A DNA stretch of 64,000 nt from Oscillatoriales cyanobacterium (GTDB lineage Bacteria > Cyanobacteriota > Cyanobacteriia > Cyanobacteriales > Laspinemataceae). The notes below the pieces were generated by a model. That model saw only the letters and a list, made by a program, of their open reading frames with translations, was not told the DNA's origin and ran no database searches. Positions 9,357 to 19,227 of this stretch are shown piece after piece (position 1 is the stretch's first letter; each line of letters begins with the position of its first letter). The translations under genes were made by a program, and so were the position numbers. The stretch covers positions 238,694-302,693 of the forward strand of contig JAABRM010000001.1 of NCBI GenBank assembly GCA_011390955.1, read 5' to 3'.

Positions 9357-9666
9357 AGTTTTTTCTGCATTGTTCCTGCCGAGGCTTAACCGCCGATTAC
9401 CCGATTATAACCTTTATATTTGAATTGTACAATAAAAATCATTTGGCATTGTCAAATAAAACAAACAAATAAAACAAATTAAGCAACCAAGAAATCAAGA
9501 ATTTGGCGATCGCCTTTGGGGGGAAGCTGAAGGTATTTGGACTCATGGGGTGAAACAGCGATCGCTGCCAGTTTCTTTGTCTCTTTGTGTCCTCTGTGTC
9601 TCTGTGGTAAAAAAATCTCTACATTCGCTATGATAAAAACAATTATCAATATACCAGCCCTAATAT

Positions 9667-12600
9667 ATGACTGAATTTTACCATGCCTTTATTTCCTACG
9701 GACGTGCGGACAGCAAAGAGTTCGCCCAGACACTATGCGATCGCCTCACAAACGCTGGGTTTAATATCTGGTTCGATCAAAATGATATTCCATTAGGAGT
9801 TAATTTCCAGAATCAAATCGATGATGGCATTGCCAAATCCGATAACTTCATATTTATCATTGCCCCTCATGCGGTGAATTCCCCCTATTGCCGCAAAGAA
9901 ATTAGCCGAGCCGTGCAGGATCGCAAACGCATCATTCCTGTACTTCATATTGAACAAATCAGCCAAGAAAATTGGCAACAACGTCATCCCCAAGGCACCG
10001 CCGAAGAATGGCAAGCATACCAAGCCAAAGGACTAAATTCTAGCTTTGCCAATATGCCCCCAGAAATTAGCCAAATTAACTGGGTATATTTCCGGGAAAA
10101 TATCGATAACTTGGAAATATCTTGCACCGGATTAATCGAACTATTGCACCATCATGGTGATTATATCAGACAGCATACAGAATTACTAGCCAAAGCCCTC
10201 AAATGGGAAGAAAAGCAAAAGCAAAATCGTTATCTTTTAACTGGGGAAGAACGACACCAAGCAGAAACTTGGTTAGAAGTGCGCTTTGACCATGAACAAC
10301 CCCCTTGTCTGCCCACAGACTTACATTGTGAGTATATTTGTGAAAGCATCAAAAATGCTAACAACCTAATGACCCAGGTATTCCTGAGTTACTCAGAACA
10401 AGACCGAGAAATTATGCAAAAATTTTCTCGAACATTGCAACGAGAAAAAATTACCTTATGGACAAATAAAACAGATATTAAAAGTGGGACAAATTTTCAG
10501 CAAGAAATCAACCGAGGAATTGCGGCGGCTGATAACTTAGTTTACCTAGTTTCTTCTAGCGCATTAAATTCTCAATATTGTCAGCAAGAAATTGAGTTAG
10601 CTTTAGCTTACCAAAAGCGGATTATTTGTTTAATTGTCGAACCGACGGATCTGGCAGAAATACCTGAGTTTTTGCGAGCATTACAATTTATTGATTTAAC
10701 CAAGGGGGAAAATCCAGAGATTTACCGTGAGCAAACCAATCAATTAATTAAACAACTGAAAGAAGAAGAAAATTATTATTATCAGCATAAGGTTTTGCTG
10801 GTCAAAGCCCTGAAATGGCAGGAACAAAACCGCAACCCTAGCATCCTGCTCCGGGGATATAATTTACAACATTTTCAGGCATGGCTGAAAATCGCCCAAA
10901 GTCGCCAGCAGCATCTACCTATTGCCTTACAAATCCAGTTTATTCAAGCCAGCGCTACTCAGCCAGATACTTTATCCCTAGAGGTTTTTATCTCTTATTC
11001 TCGCACGGATTCTGATTTTGCCCGCAAATTAAATGATGCGCTGCTGAATCAAGGAAAGTTAACCTGGTTTGACCAGGAAAGTATCGCCTATGGGACAGAT
11101 TTTCAAGAAGAAATATATCGAGGAATTGAAAATTCCGATAACTTTTTATTTGTGATTTCTCCTAGTTCGATTAATTCGCCCTATTGTGCCGCAGAGGTGG
11201 AATATGCCCAAAAGTTAAATAAGCGCTTGGTGACGGTGTTGTATCGCCCGGTGGAAACGGAGCAGTTGCACCCAGAATTAGCCAAAGTCCAGTGGATTGA
11301 TTTTCATCAAGATCGCGGACAATTTTATAGTTATTTTAGCGAGTTAATTAGAACTCTGGATACAGACAGAGACCATGTTCGTCAGCATACTAAGTGGTTG
11401 CAGCGATCGCGCGATTGGGAACAAAAAGCTCAAAGCCCTGATTTACTCTTACGGGGCAGTGAATTTGCTGTAGCGGAAAGTTGGTTAGAGGAGGCGATCG
11501 CGGCCAATAAACAACCATTGCCAACGGAATTACAACAAGCATTTATTACCGCCAGTCGTGATGCCATCCAAGCGGAAAATCAGCAGAAAAAACGCCAAAC
11601 AATGGTGCTGCGATCGCTCCTTGGTTTAGTCACCGTTGGCCTAATCATTTCCATTGCCATTGGCATAGAAGCAGTGCGACAACGGCGCCGCGCCGAAACC
11701 GTTCAGGAAGGACAAATTTATGCCCTAAGTCAATATTCCTTATCTCTCACCAACTCCGATCGCGAATTTGATGGATTAATCGAAGCCATTCGCGTCGGAC
11801 AACTGATGAAACATCGAGATAATTTACAACCAGAAACCCAACGACAATTTAGCCGCGCACTTCGGGCAGCGGTCTATCGAGTTAGAGAACAAAATCGACT
11901 CCAGGGCCATGACCATGAAGTTTGGGACGTCACCTTTAGCCCGGACGGTCAAATAATTGCCACAGCCAGTTATGACAATACGGTGAAACTCTGGAACCGT
12001 AACGGTCAAATCCTCAGTACCTTATCGGGTCATACCGACGGCATTCGCAAAGTAGATTTTAGCCCCGACGGTCAAACCGTACTCACCGCCAGCTTTGACC
12101 AAACCATCAAACTTTGGCGACTTGATGGCACCATCATCGCCAGTTTTCCTGCCCATGAAGCCCCAATTTTAAGCGTCAGTTTCAGTCCTGACGGGCAAAT
12201 CATTGCCTCTGGGAGTCAAGATCGCACGGTCAAACTCTGGAACTTAGACGGCACATTAATCACAACCCTCAGCGGACATACCAGAGAAGTCAACAGCGTC
12301 ACCTTTAGCCCGGACGGACAAACCATTGCCTCTGCCAGCGACGACAAAACCATCAAACTTTGGTCTCGTGATGGCCAACTCCAGCACACCCTCACCGGCC
12401 ATCAAAATTTAGTTTTTGATGTCACCTTTAGCCCGGACGGACAAACCATTGCCTCCGCAGGGCGAGATCAAACCGTCATCCTCTGGAGTCCCCAGGGTCA
12501 ACTCCTCAAACGTTTCGTCGGCCATGATGCTTCCATCTACAGCGTCAGGTTCAGCCCGGACGGTCAAATGTTGGCAACTTCCAGTTATGACAAAACCATC

Positions 12601-13758
12601 AAACTCTGGAGTCGCCAGGGTCAAGCACTGCAAACCCTGATTGGTCATAATGCCCAAATTCGTCGGGCTAGTTTCAGTCCTGACGGTCAAACCCTCGCCA
12701 GCGCTAGTCACGATAAAACTGTCAAACTCTGGACATTAGATACTCAAACCCGACAAACCCTGACCGGGCATCAAGATGAAATCAACAGTCTCCGCTTGAG
12801 TCCTGACGGCCAAACCATTGCCAGTGCCAGTTATGACAAAACCGTGAAGCTGTGGACTCGCGACGGTCGCATATTACAAACTCTCGCGGGACATAATGAT
12901 ATTGTCTGGGATGTGAGTTTTAGTCCTGATGGGCAGTTGGTTGCCAGCGCTTCTGAAGATGGCATGGTGCGTCTCTGGGACTTACAGGGGAAACTGTTGC
13001 AAGAGTTTCAAGACCCTACAGAGGCATCCAGTCCGGCGAATAGTGTGGATTTTAGCGCTGACGGTCAGACTTTGGTTGCCGCTTATATGAATGGAAGCTT
13101 AAAACTTTGGCAGCTTGATGGCAAATTGATTAAAACGGTTAAGGGAGATCGAGGGGCGATTTATCGAGTGCGTTTTAGTCCCGATGGTCAGATAATTGCT
13201 TCCGGGAATTACAACAATACTGTTACTCTTTGGAGTGCAACGGGGGAAAAATTGCATCTGCTCACTGGACATACAGAGTCGATTTATAGCGTGCAGTTTA
13301 TTGCCGATAGTCAGTCCCTTGTTTCTGCCAGTAAAGATGGCACGATTAAAATTTGGACTCGTGACGGGGAAGAACGGCAAACCCTGATTGGCCATAGCAC
13401 GATTACTTGGGATGCTACTTTTAGTCCTGATGGCCAAATTATTGCTTCCGGGGATGATAATCATTTAATTAAACTGTGGAATCAAAACGGGGAAGAATTA
13501 CAAACTTTATTGGGACATACTGCTAAAGTTAATGGGCTTCAATTTAGTGCCGATGGTCAGAAGATTATTTCTGCGAGTGCCGATAAATCAATTATTATTT
13601 GGACTTTAGATTTAGACAAATTAGCAACTTTGCAAACATTAGATATTAATGACCTGATGGTACGGGGTTGTGATTGGGTGGCAGATTATTTGCAGTATAA
13701 TCCATTCGTGAATGAGCGCGATCGCCAAATTTGTGAAGGCATGATTATGGAGGAGTAA
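9667..13758 (+). CDS. Three tandem TIR domains, single transmembrane helix, ~14 WD40 repeats (1363 aa)
   Basis: TIR-like blocks FISYGRADSKEF...SPYCRKEISRA, VFLSYSEQDREI...SQYCQQEIELA and VFISYSRTDSDF...SPYCAAEVEYA, each retaining the conserved Glu. TM segment MVLRSLLGLVTVGLIISIAIGIEAV. Then repeated GH...SPDG...ASxDxT(V/I)KLW WD40 units. Confidence 0.85.
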   Translation: MTEFYHAFISYGRADSKEFAQTLCDRLTNAGFNIWFDQNDIPLGVNFQNQIDDGIAKSDNFIFIIAPHAVNSPYCRKEISRAVQDRKRIIPVLHIEQISQENWQQRHPQGTAEEWQAYQAKGLNSSFANMPPEISQINWVYFRENIDNLEISCTGLIELLHHHGDYIRQHTELLAKALKWEEKQKQNRYLLTGEERHQAETWLEVRFDHEQPPCLPTDLHCEYICESIKNANNLMTQVFLSYSEQDREIMQKFSRTLQREKITLWTNKTDIKSGTNFQQEINRGIAAADNLVYLVSSSALNSQYCQQEIELALAYQKRIICLIVEPTDLAEIPEFLRALQFIDLTKGENPEIYREQTNQLIKQLKEEENYYYQHKVLLVKALKWQEQNRNPSILLRGYNLQHFQAWLKIAQSRQQHLPIALQIQFIQASATQPDTLSLEVFISYSRTDSDFARKLNDALLNQGKLTWFDQESIAYGTDFQEEIYRGIENSDNFLFVISPSSINSPYCAAEVEYAQKLNKRLVTVLYRPVETEQLHPELAKVQWIDFHQDRGQFYSYFSELIRTLDTDRDHVRQHTKWLQRSRDWEQKAQSPDLLLRGSEFAVAESWLEEAIAANKQPLPTELQQAFITASRDAIQAENQQKKRQTMVLRSLLGLVTVGLIISIAIGIEAVRQRRRAETVQEGQIYALSQYSLSLTNSDREFDGLIEAIRVGQLMKHRDNLQPETQRQFSRALRAAVYRVREQNRLQGHDHEVWDVTFSPDGQIIATASYDNTVKLWNRNGQILSTLSGHTDGIRKVDFSPDGQTVLTASFDQTIKLWRLDGTIIASFPAHEAPILSVSFSPDGQIIASGSQDRTVKLWNLDGTLITTLSGHTREVNSVTFSPDGQTIASASDDKTIKLWSRDGQLQHTLTGHQNLVFDVTFSPDGQTIASAGRDQTVILWSPQGQLLKRFVGHDASIYSVRFSPDGQMLATSSYDKTIKLWSRQGQALQTLIGHNAQIRRASFSPDGQTLASASHDKTVKLWTLDTQTRQTLTGHQDEINSLRLSPDGQTIASASYDKTVKLWTRDGRILQTLAGHNDIVWDVSFSPDGQLVASASEDGMVRLWDLQGKLLQEFQDPTEASSPANSVDFSADGQTLVAAYMNGSLKLWQLDGKLIKTVKGDRGAIYRVRFSPDGQIIASGNYNNTVTLWSATGEKLHLLTGHTESIYSVQFIADSQSLVSASKDGTIKIWTRDGEERQTLIGHSTITWDATFSPDGQIIASGDDNHLIKLWNQNGEELQTLLGHTAKVNGLQFSADGQKIISASADKSIIIWTLDLDKLATLQTLDINDLMVRGCDWVADYLQYNPFVNERDRQICEGMIMEE

Positions 13759-13817
13759 AATAATCATTTAGCATCAATCATTTAGGGTTAAAATATAATA
13801 TTTCAAGAAATCATCCA

Positions 13818-13950
13818 AGATCCCCTAACATTCTTCGGGTGGGCAAAAAATTTTACCCACCCTACCATATATAATCGTGTAATTTTGCCCACCCTACAAT
13901 ATCTTATGTTCTCAATTCCTCTAATCGGGTGGGAATTTCCCACCCGATCG
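13818..13950. repeat. MITE-like element of the GGGTGGGCAAAA family
   Basis: ctaacattcttcgggtgggcaaaaaattttacccaccctaccatatat...ttttgcccaccctacaat...gggtgggaatttcccacccgatcgcc contains nested inverted repeats. Homologous copies are at 44762 and 57328. Confidence 0.7.
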
Positions 13951-13966
13951 CCTGCCAAAAAAGCCC

Positions 13967-14710
13967 CTAAGAAAGTAACTGAATATTACTCAAATTAATC
14001 TCAACCGTGCTTTCTGCTCCTGCCTCAATATGGCGAATCACTTGACGATTAGGAATATAGTAATTCCCCACTTTTTCATAAGTATCTTCAAAATCCGCCT
14101 CAGCGATCGCCTCACCCGTATCTGGGGTCTTGAAAAAAGCGTGATAGCGAGTCCCCAAATAACCCATCGGAGTTGGTTCCGACGCTAACAAATCAACCGT
14201 CACACCCCCGGTAGGCATTAACCGATTCACCTGAGTAATTTTCCCATCCTGAACTAAATAAAATGACGGCGTTTCACCGCCTGCTTGGTCAATTTCTACC
14301 GCCCCATTCTCTTGGACTGGGCCAAAGCTAAAAGTATGCTCTTGGTGGAGCAAATCAAAGGGGACAGAACGGCGGTGAATCACTAACATTTGTAACCCAG
14401 AATACACCGACTGATAGGCATCTTCATCATCAATCCCCACCACGGTAATTTCTAAATTAGAATCAATTTCCATTTCGCCTTTATAAGTTGCCCCATCTTC
14501 GGTTACATCTACCGTTGCCGAAACCCCTGGAAAATCACTATCCCAGACATAGCGGCTATCATAAGCATCGCGAAATACTTCTAAAGCCGATGGAGTGGTT
14601 GCAGTTGCCAGGGTTTCAGCCCGGACTGGGGTAGCCACAGTCCAGCCAGCTAAGGTAAAAATTACCGTGAAACTCCAGAGGAAAATTTTCCGAGTGAGTC
14701 GGTTTTGCAT
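13967..14710 (-). CDS. hypothetical secreted protein (signal peptide)
   Basis: MQNRLTRKIFLWSFTVIFTLAGWTVATPVRA is a signal-like N-terminus. Contains HIP1 sites. No motif recognised. Confidence 0.55.
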   Translation of the reverse strand: MQNRLTRKIFLWSFTVIFTLAGWTVATPVRAETLATATTPSALEVFRDAYDSRYVWDSDFPGVSATVDVTEDGATYKGEMEIDSNLEITVVGIDDEDAYQSVYSGLQMLVIHRRSVPFDLLHQEHTFSFGPVQENGAVEIDQAGGETPSFYLVQDGKITQVNRLMPTGGVTVDLLASEPTPMGYLGTRYHAFFKTPDTGEAIAEADFEDTYEKVGNYYIPNRQVIRHIEAGAESTVEINLSNIQLLS

Positions 14711-14775
14711 GATTTCTTTAAAAGTCCTGAACAATATTATCCTTAACATAACTTAACAAATATCCCGGAAATGTC

Positions 14776-15483
14776 ATGGCAGAGTATCCCACCCAAAAGG
14801 CGATCGCCTACTCCCGAATCATTCATCTGAGTCACATCATCCACCCCCAAATCCCCCAATGGCCCGGAGATCCAGCCGTAGAACTGGAAAAAGTCGCGGA
14901 TATCGACTCAGACGGCTATTATCTGCGGCGGTTTTCCCTGGGGGAACATAGCGCCACCCATATCAACGCCCCAAATAGTTTTTTTGCCGACAGTCCGGGC
15001 ATTGATGCCTACTCTGCGGAGTCCCTAGTCGTTCCCGCCGTAGCGATCGATATTGTCAATTTAGCGGCCAAAAATCCTGATTATTTGCTCACCTTAGATG
15101 ATGTATTTTCTTGGGAAGAAACCTACGGCAGAATTCCCCCAGAAACGGTGGTGCTGCTATACACAGGTTGGCAGGAAAAATGGGCAAAACCGGATGATTT
15201 TATCAATCAACAACATTTTCCCGGATTTGGGGCAGAAACAACCAAATTTTTACTAAATGAGCGACAAATCGCAGGGGTGGGCATTGACACTCACGGGGTA
15301 GATTCTGGTCAAGATATGACTTTTGCCACCAATAAACAAGTGCTATCCCGCCGAGGAATTGTCCTGGAAAATCTCACCAATTTAGACCAGTTGCCGCCCG
15401 TTGGCACCACATTGGCGATCGGCATTTTGCGCTTACAAAATGGCTCCGGTTCTCCCGCAGCGGTGATGGCATTTGTCCCATAA
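14776..15483 (+). CDS. Cyclase-family protein (kynurenine formamidase-like, PF04199-type)
   Basis: GEHSATHINAP and GVGIDTHGVDSG blocks are typical of the putative cyclase/arylformamidase family. Confidence 0.7.
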   Translation: MAEYPTQKAIAYSRIIHLSHIIHPQIPQWPGDPAVELEKVADIDSDGYYLRRFSLGEHSATHINAPNSFFADSPGIDAYSAESLVVPAVAIDIVNLAAKNPDYLLTLDDVFSWEETYGRIPPETVVLLYTGWQEKWAKPDDFINQQHFPGFGAETTKFLLNERQIAGVGIDTHGVDSGQDMTFATNKQVLSRRGIVLENLTNLDQLPPVGTTLAIGILRLQNGSGSPAAVMAFVP

Positions 15484-15817
15484 ATAGGTTATTGTCCCAA
15501 TGAAGTACAGAGGTTTTCTGGATTCCCGCCTGCGCGGGAATGACAGTTTTTTTGTCCTTCATAACTATGACATTTGCTATAAATAGTTTCAGCTAAAATT
15601 AGCCTTAATTTATGATTTAAAATGTAAATTTTGTCCACAAATTAAAAAACTTGGCCAGAATCCCGCCAAGCTTAATATTTTATAGATTTTATAATTTCTT
15701 TATGCAGGCGATCGCCCGATCGCAAATTATTGCAAATTAAAGTGATTTACGGGATTTTTTCATCGATATATGACAGTAAAGGTATATTTAATTTTCTGTC
15801 TATTCGACTCTCAAAAT

Positions 15818-16018
15818 CTATTCGGCAACTTGTAACCAACCCCGCCGAACCGCATAGAGCAAACGGTTAATTGCAGTTTGCTCTTCTTCGCTGACCTGCT
15901 CTTTTAATAGAGTTGCTCTCAGGTGTTGCCTGTGATTTCTATCGATTCTACCTTGCTGATAGACTTGAAAAAAGACTTCAGCTAATGTGAGTTCGGAGTT
16001 GAATGATTTTGCGTACAT
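15818..16018 (-). CDS. small hypothetical protein (66 aa)
   Basis: Isolated short ORF in an otherwise gene-free interval. Weak support. Confidence 0.25.
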   Translation of the reverse strand: MYAKSFNSELTLAEVFFQVYQQGRIDRNHRQHLRATLLKEQVSEEEQTAINRLLYAVRRGWLQVAE

Positions 16019-16626
16019 TTAAGTCACCTTGAATTCCCTATTTTTAATATGAAGCTTTTTTAAAGAAAAGAGTGTGATTGTAAACTTAATATAAAGTGAT
16101 ATTTATCATAATTACCTGTGATATAGAACTACTTAGCTTAGTGACAAAAGTCCGAAGAAAATGTGATTTAAATCACTAAGTAGGGTGATTTTTTCCAGAA
16201 AAGCTCCAAGGAAATTCAGATAAATCAATCCGGGGAATCAGAAATCACTTTTCTTGATAGAGGTTTCAGCCAGAATCTCGGCGTTTCTGCGGGACAGAAT
16301 CCCGGATAAATTAGCTCGGTTTGAGGAGTTACAAAGAATTTCTGGCGATCGCATCCGGGGGGAAAGGATTTTGGTGAAGATCGGGAAGTAAATTCTGGAA
16401 AAATTAAGGACTGGTGACATTTCCGGGCATCATATCGTATCCCAGATGGCAGATTTCTCTCTTTTTTTTGCTGTGTAAAATCAAACAGTCTGGGGCGAAA
16501 AAATTTTCATCACAAGAATGCTCAGAAAAGATGTACGATCTTAACTCTGTCTTGAAAAAAGAACAAACGAACAGGTGCAGAATTTCTGTCTATCTTTAAA
16601 GCACCTTGTAGGAGAAACATCACGAT

Positions 16627-18018
16627 ATGGCAAATTTGACCCCCAACTCTAGTTTTAGTTTAACTATGCGTTTGCAGCTTCCAAATCGCCCCGGAATGCT
16701 GGCTCAAGTAACGCAGGCGATCGCTTCAGTAGGAGGCATCTTGGGTCAAATAGACTTGATTTCCCAAGACCGAACGACCGTCGTCCGGGATGTCACCGTG
16801 GATGCGGCAAGCTGCGATCACTCCCAAGAAATTACTCAAGTGGTCAAGAACCTACCCGATATTAAAGTTATCAATATATATGACCGCACCTTTAATATGC
16901 ATCGGGGTGGCAAAATTCGGATTGAGAACAAAATTCCTCTCACCACCCAAGCGGATTTAGCGATGGCTTACACCCCTGGAGTGGGGCGAATTTGTCTGGA
17001 AATTAAGGAAAATCCCGAACAAGTACATAATCTCACCATTAAAAGCAATACGGTGGCGATCGTCACCGATGGCTCTGCGGTGTTGGGATTGGGAAACCTT
17101 GGCCCAGAGGCAGCTTTGCCCGTCATGGAAGGTAAAGCGATGCTGTTTAAAGCCTTTGCCGGAATCGATGCGTTTCCCATTTGTCTGGACACCCAAGATA
17201 CGGATCAAATTGTCCAAACCATCAAAAATATCGTCCCGGTATTTGGTGGCATCAACCTAGAAGATATTAGCTCTCCCCGGTGTTTTGAGATTGAATCCAG
17301 ATTACGGCAGGAGTTAAAGATTCCGGTGTTTCACGATGACCAGCATGGCACGGCTATTGTGTCTTTGGCGGCTTTAATTAATGCCTTGAAAGTCGTACAT
17401 AAATCAATTGACGAAGTACGGATTGTGATGAATGGCGCCGGAGCGGCAGGAGTCTCTGTCGCCCGTATGCTGCGTACTTATGGAGCCAAATATATTTCTA
17501 TGTGCGATTCTAAGGGAATAATTTCTCGCGATCGCCCCAGTTTAACCGACGAAAAACGGGAATTCGCCGTAGAAAAAGGCGGCAGTCTGGCTGACGCATT
17601 AGTTGGTGCGGATGTCTTTATTGGCTTAAGTGTGCCGGGAGTTCTCACCCCAGAAATGGTCGGAACAATGGCCAAAGACCCCATTGTCTTTGCTATGGCG
17701 AACCCCATTCCGGAAATTCAGCCGGAATTAGTGGCGGAACAAGTGGCTGTCATGGCCACCGGACGGAGTGACTATCCGAATCAAATTAACAATGTCCTAG
17801 CATTTCCCGGAATTTTTCGCGGCGCCCTCGATTGTCGCGCCATCACAATTACTGATTCCATGTATTTAGTGGCTGCTGAGGCGATCGCGGCTTTAGTCTC
17901 TCCTTCTGAATTAAATCATGAGTATATTATTCCATCGGTATTCGACCAGCGAGTAGTCCCCGCCGTCTCTGCCGCTGTGCAACAAGCGGCCCGTCAAGAA
18001 GGCATCGCTCGCGCTTAA
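16627..18018 (+). CDS. me: NAD(P)-dependent malic enzyme with N-terminal ACT domain
   Basis: ACT-like N-terminus (VTQAIASVGGILGQIDL), then the malic-enzyme core ADLAMAYTPGVGRICLEI...DGSAVLGLGNLGPEAALPVMEGKAMLFK...VMNGAGAAG. Confidence 0.9.
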   Translation: MANLTPNSSFSLTMRLQLPNRPGMLAQVTQAIASVGGILGQIDLISQDRTTVVRDVTVDAASCDHSQEITQVVKNLPDIKVINIYDRTFNMHRGGKIRIENKIPLTTQADLAMAYTPGVGRICLEIKENPEQVHNLTIKSNTVAIVTDGSAVLGLGNLGPEAALPVMEGKAMLFKAFAGIDAFPICLDTQDTDQIVQTIKNIVPVFGGINLEDISSPRCFEIESRLRQELKIPVFHDDQHGTAIVSLAALINALKVVHKSIDEVRIVMNGAGAAGVSVARMLRTYGAKYISMCDSKGIISRDRPSLTDEKREFAVEKGGSLADALVGADVFIGLSVPGVLTPEMVGTMAKDPIVFAMANPIPEIQPELVAEQVAVMATGRSDYPNQINNVLAFPGIFRGALDCRAITITDSMYLVAAEAIAALVSPSELNHEYIIPSVFDQRVVPAVSAAVQQAARQEGIARA

Positions 18019-18167
18019 TCGATTAGGGATTACCTCCCGTAGGCTATGCGATCGGCTTCAGGGGCTTCAGGAAATCAGGAGGCTGCCCAGAGGCGATCGC
18101 CCACCCACCCCGTCTTGGTGACATTCTTTCCCCAAGGCGGGGTAATACTTTATTGACAAACTAAGTT

Positions 18168-18245
18168 TCGGTAGGGTGTGTTAGGCGGGGTCAAACCTGG
18201 GAATTTTTACAGAAAGTAAAAAACCCGCCGTAACGCACCATAATT
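18168..18245. repeat. Dispersed ~75-bp repeat (ggtagggtgtgttaggcggg...cccgccgtaacgcacc), left copy flanking the TA cassette
   Basis: Direct-repeat partner at 19120..19215. A further partial copy is at 63935..63990 and an inverted fragment at 18300. Confidence 0.65.
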
Positions 18246-18492
18246 TTGAGAAAAAAAGGTACTCTGCGGCGGCTCGGAATATTGTTTATTTGAACTATAA
18301 TTTTTATGCCCGCCTAACGCAACCTACCACTGCTGCCATGAGAAACCGGGTTTCTGCGTAGATATCGCGGTTCGTGACAACAATTTTTCAAAGAAACCCG
18401 GTTTCTTGGCTTTTCGGCCTGGAAAAGCTAAGTAGGATTTTCTAGTATGATAATATAATCCTACTAAAAATATTCAATAAATCCTTAAGATT

Positions 18493-18717
18493 ATGAGTAA
18501 GAAAGTCAGTATTACCTTAGACGACGAGGTTTTAGAGTTTGTCGATCGCATCGCCACGAACCGGAGTAGCTTCATCAATGATGTTTTGTGGCAGGAGAAA
18601 AAAAGAATTTTTATGAAAGAGTTAGCCGATGCTTACAAAGAGCAAGATCGTGACCCAGAGTTTCGTGAAGAAATGTCTGTTTGGGATATTACATTAGGTG
18701 ATGGACTCAATGCCTAA
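18493..18717 (+). CDS. Ribbon-helix-helix (CopG/MazE-like) antitoxin
   Basis: MSKKVSITLDDEVLEFVDRIA... RHH N-terminus. Stop overlaps the start of the MazF-like gene (ATGCCTAA). Confidence 0.7.
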   Translation: MSKKVSITLDDEVLEFVDRIATNRSSFINDVLWQEKKRIFMKELADAYKEQDRDPEFREEMSVWDITLGDGLNA

Positions 18718-19078
18718 TGGAATTTTGACTTACAAGCGAGGAGATATCTGGTGGGTTGATTTGAACCATGTGGTGGGTAGTGAAACAGGTAAAGAACGCC
18801 CTTGCTTGATGCAAGCAAAATGATATTGGCAACCAAAATGGGGCGACGACAATCGTTGCCCCATTCTTACCGGGTAAAAAGACATATCCATTTGTTGTCA
18901 ATGTAACACCAACTCCCCAAAACGGATTGGATATGGATCGACATATAAATTTGAGTCAAATCAGAACTGTAGATTTTCAAAGTATCAAAAATCAGCAGGG
19001 TGTTTTGGAGGAAAGTTATTGGCCCGCAATTGAGAAAGCTGTATGTATTGAACTAGGTTTTAGTGATGTGTTTACATA
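18710..19078 (+). pseudogene. mazF: MazF/PemK-family toxin, frameshifted
   Basis: N-terminal frame MPNGILTYKRGDIWWVDLNHVVGSETGKERPCLMQAK stops at 18821. The +1 frame continues IGNQNGATTIVAPFLPGKKTYPFVVNV...GLDMDRHINLSQIRTVDFQSI (MazF core). The shift coincides with an AAAA run at ~18817..18820. Confidence 0.7.
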
Positions 19079-19119
19079 GATTTTGTAACCAACAAGGTTT
19101 ATGCGTAGATTATCTAGTT

Positions 19120-19215
19120 TTTCGGTAGGGTGCGTTAGGCGGGGGAAAACTTGGGAATTTTTACAGAGATTAAAAAGCCCGCCGTAACGCACCTTTCTTT
19201 CTAAAAATTATGGTG
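19120..19215. repeat. Dispersed ~75-bp repeat, right copy flanking the TA cassette
   Basis: cggtagggtgcgttaggcgggggaaaacttgggaatttttacagagattaaaaagcccgccgtaacgcacc, in the same orientation as 18168..18245. Confidence 0.65.
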
Positions 19216-19227
19216 CGTTATGCCTTG

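Noticed and set aside
11824-13464. Several 60–120-aa ORFs on both strands inside the TIR/WD40 gene (e.g. 12409..12711, 13099..13464)
   Set aside because: They lie entirely within a strongly supported 4.1-kb CDS in antisense or alternative frames, and their repetitive translation mirrors the WD40 repeats.
18707-18901. 64-aa minus-strand ORF
   Set aside because: It is antisense to the mazF pseudogene, and the plus-strand MazF homology explains this DNA.
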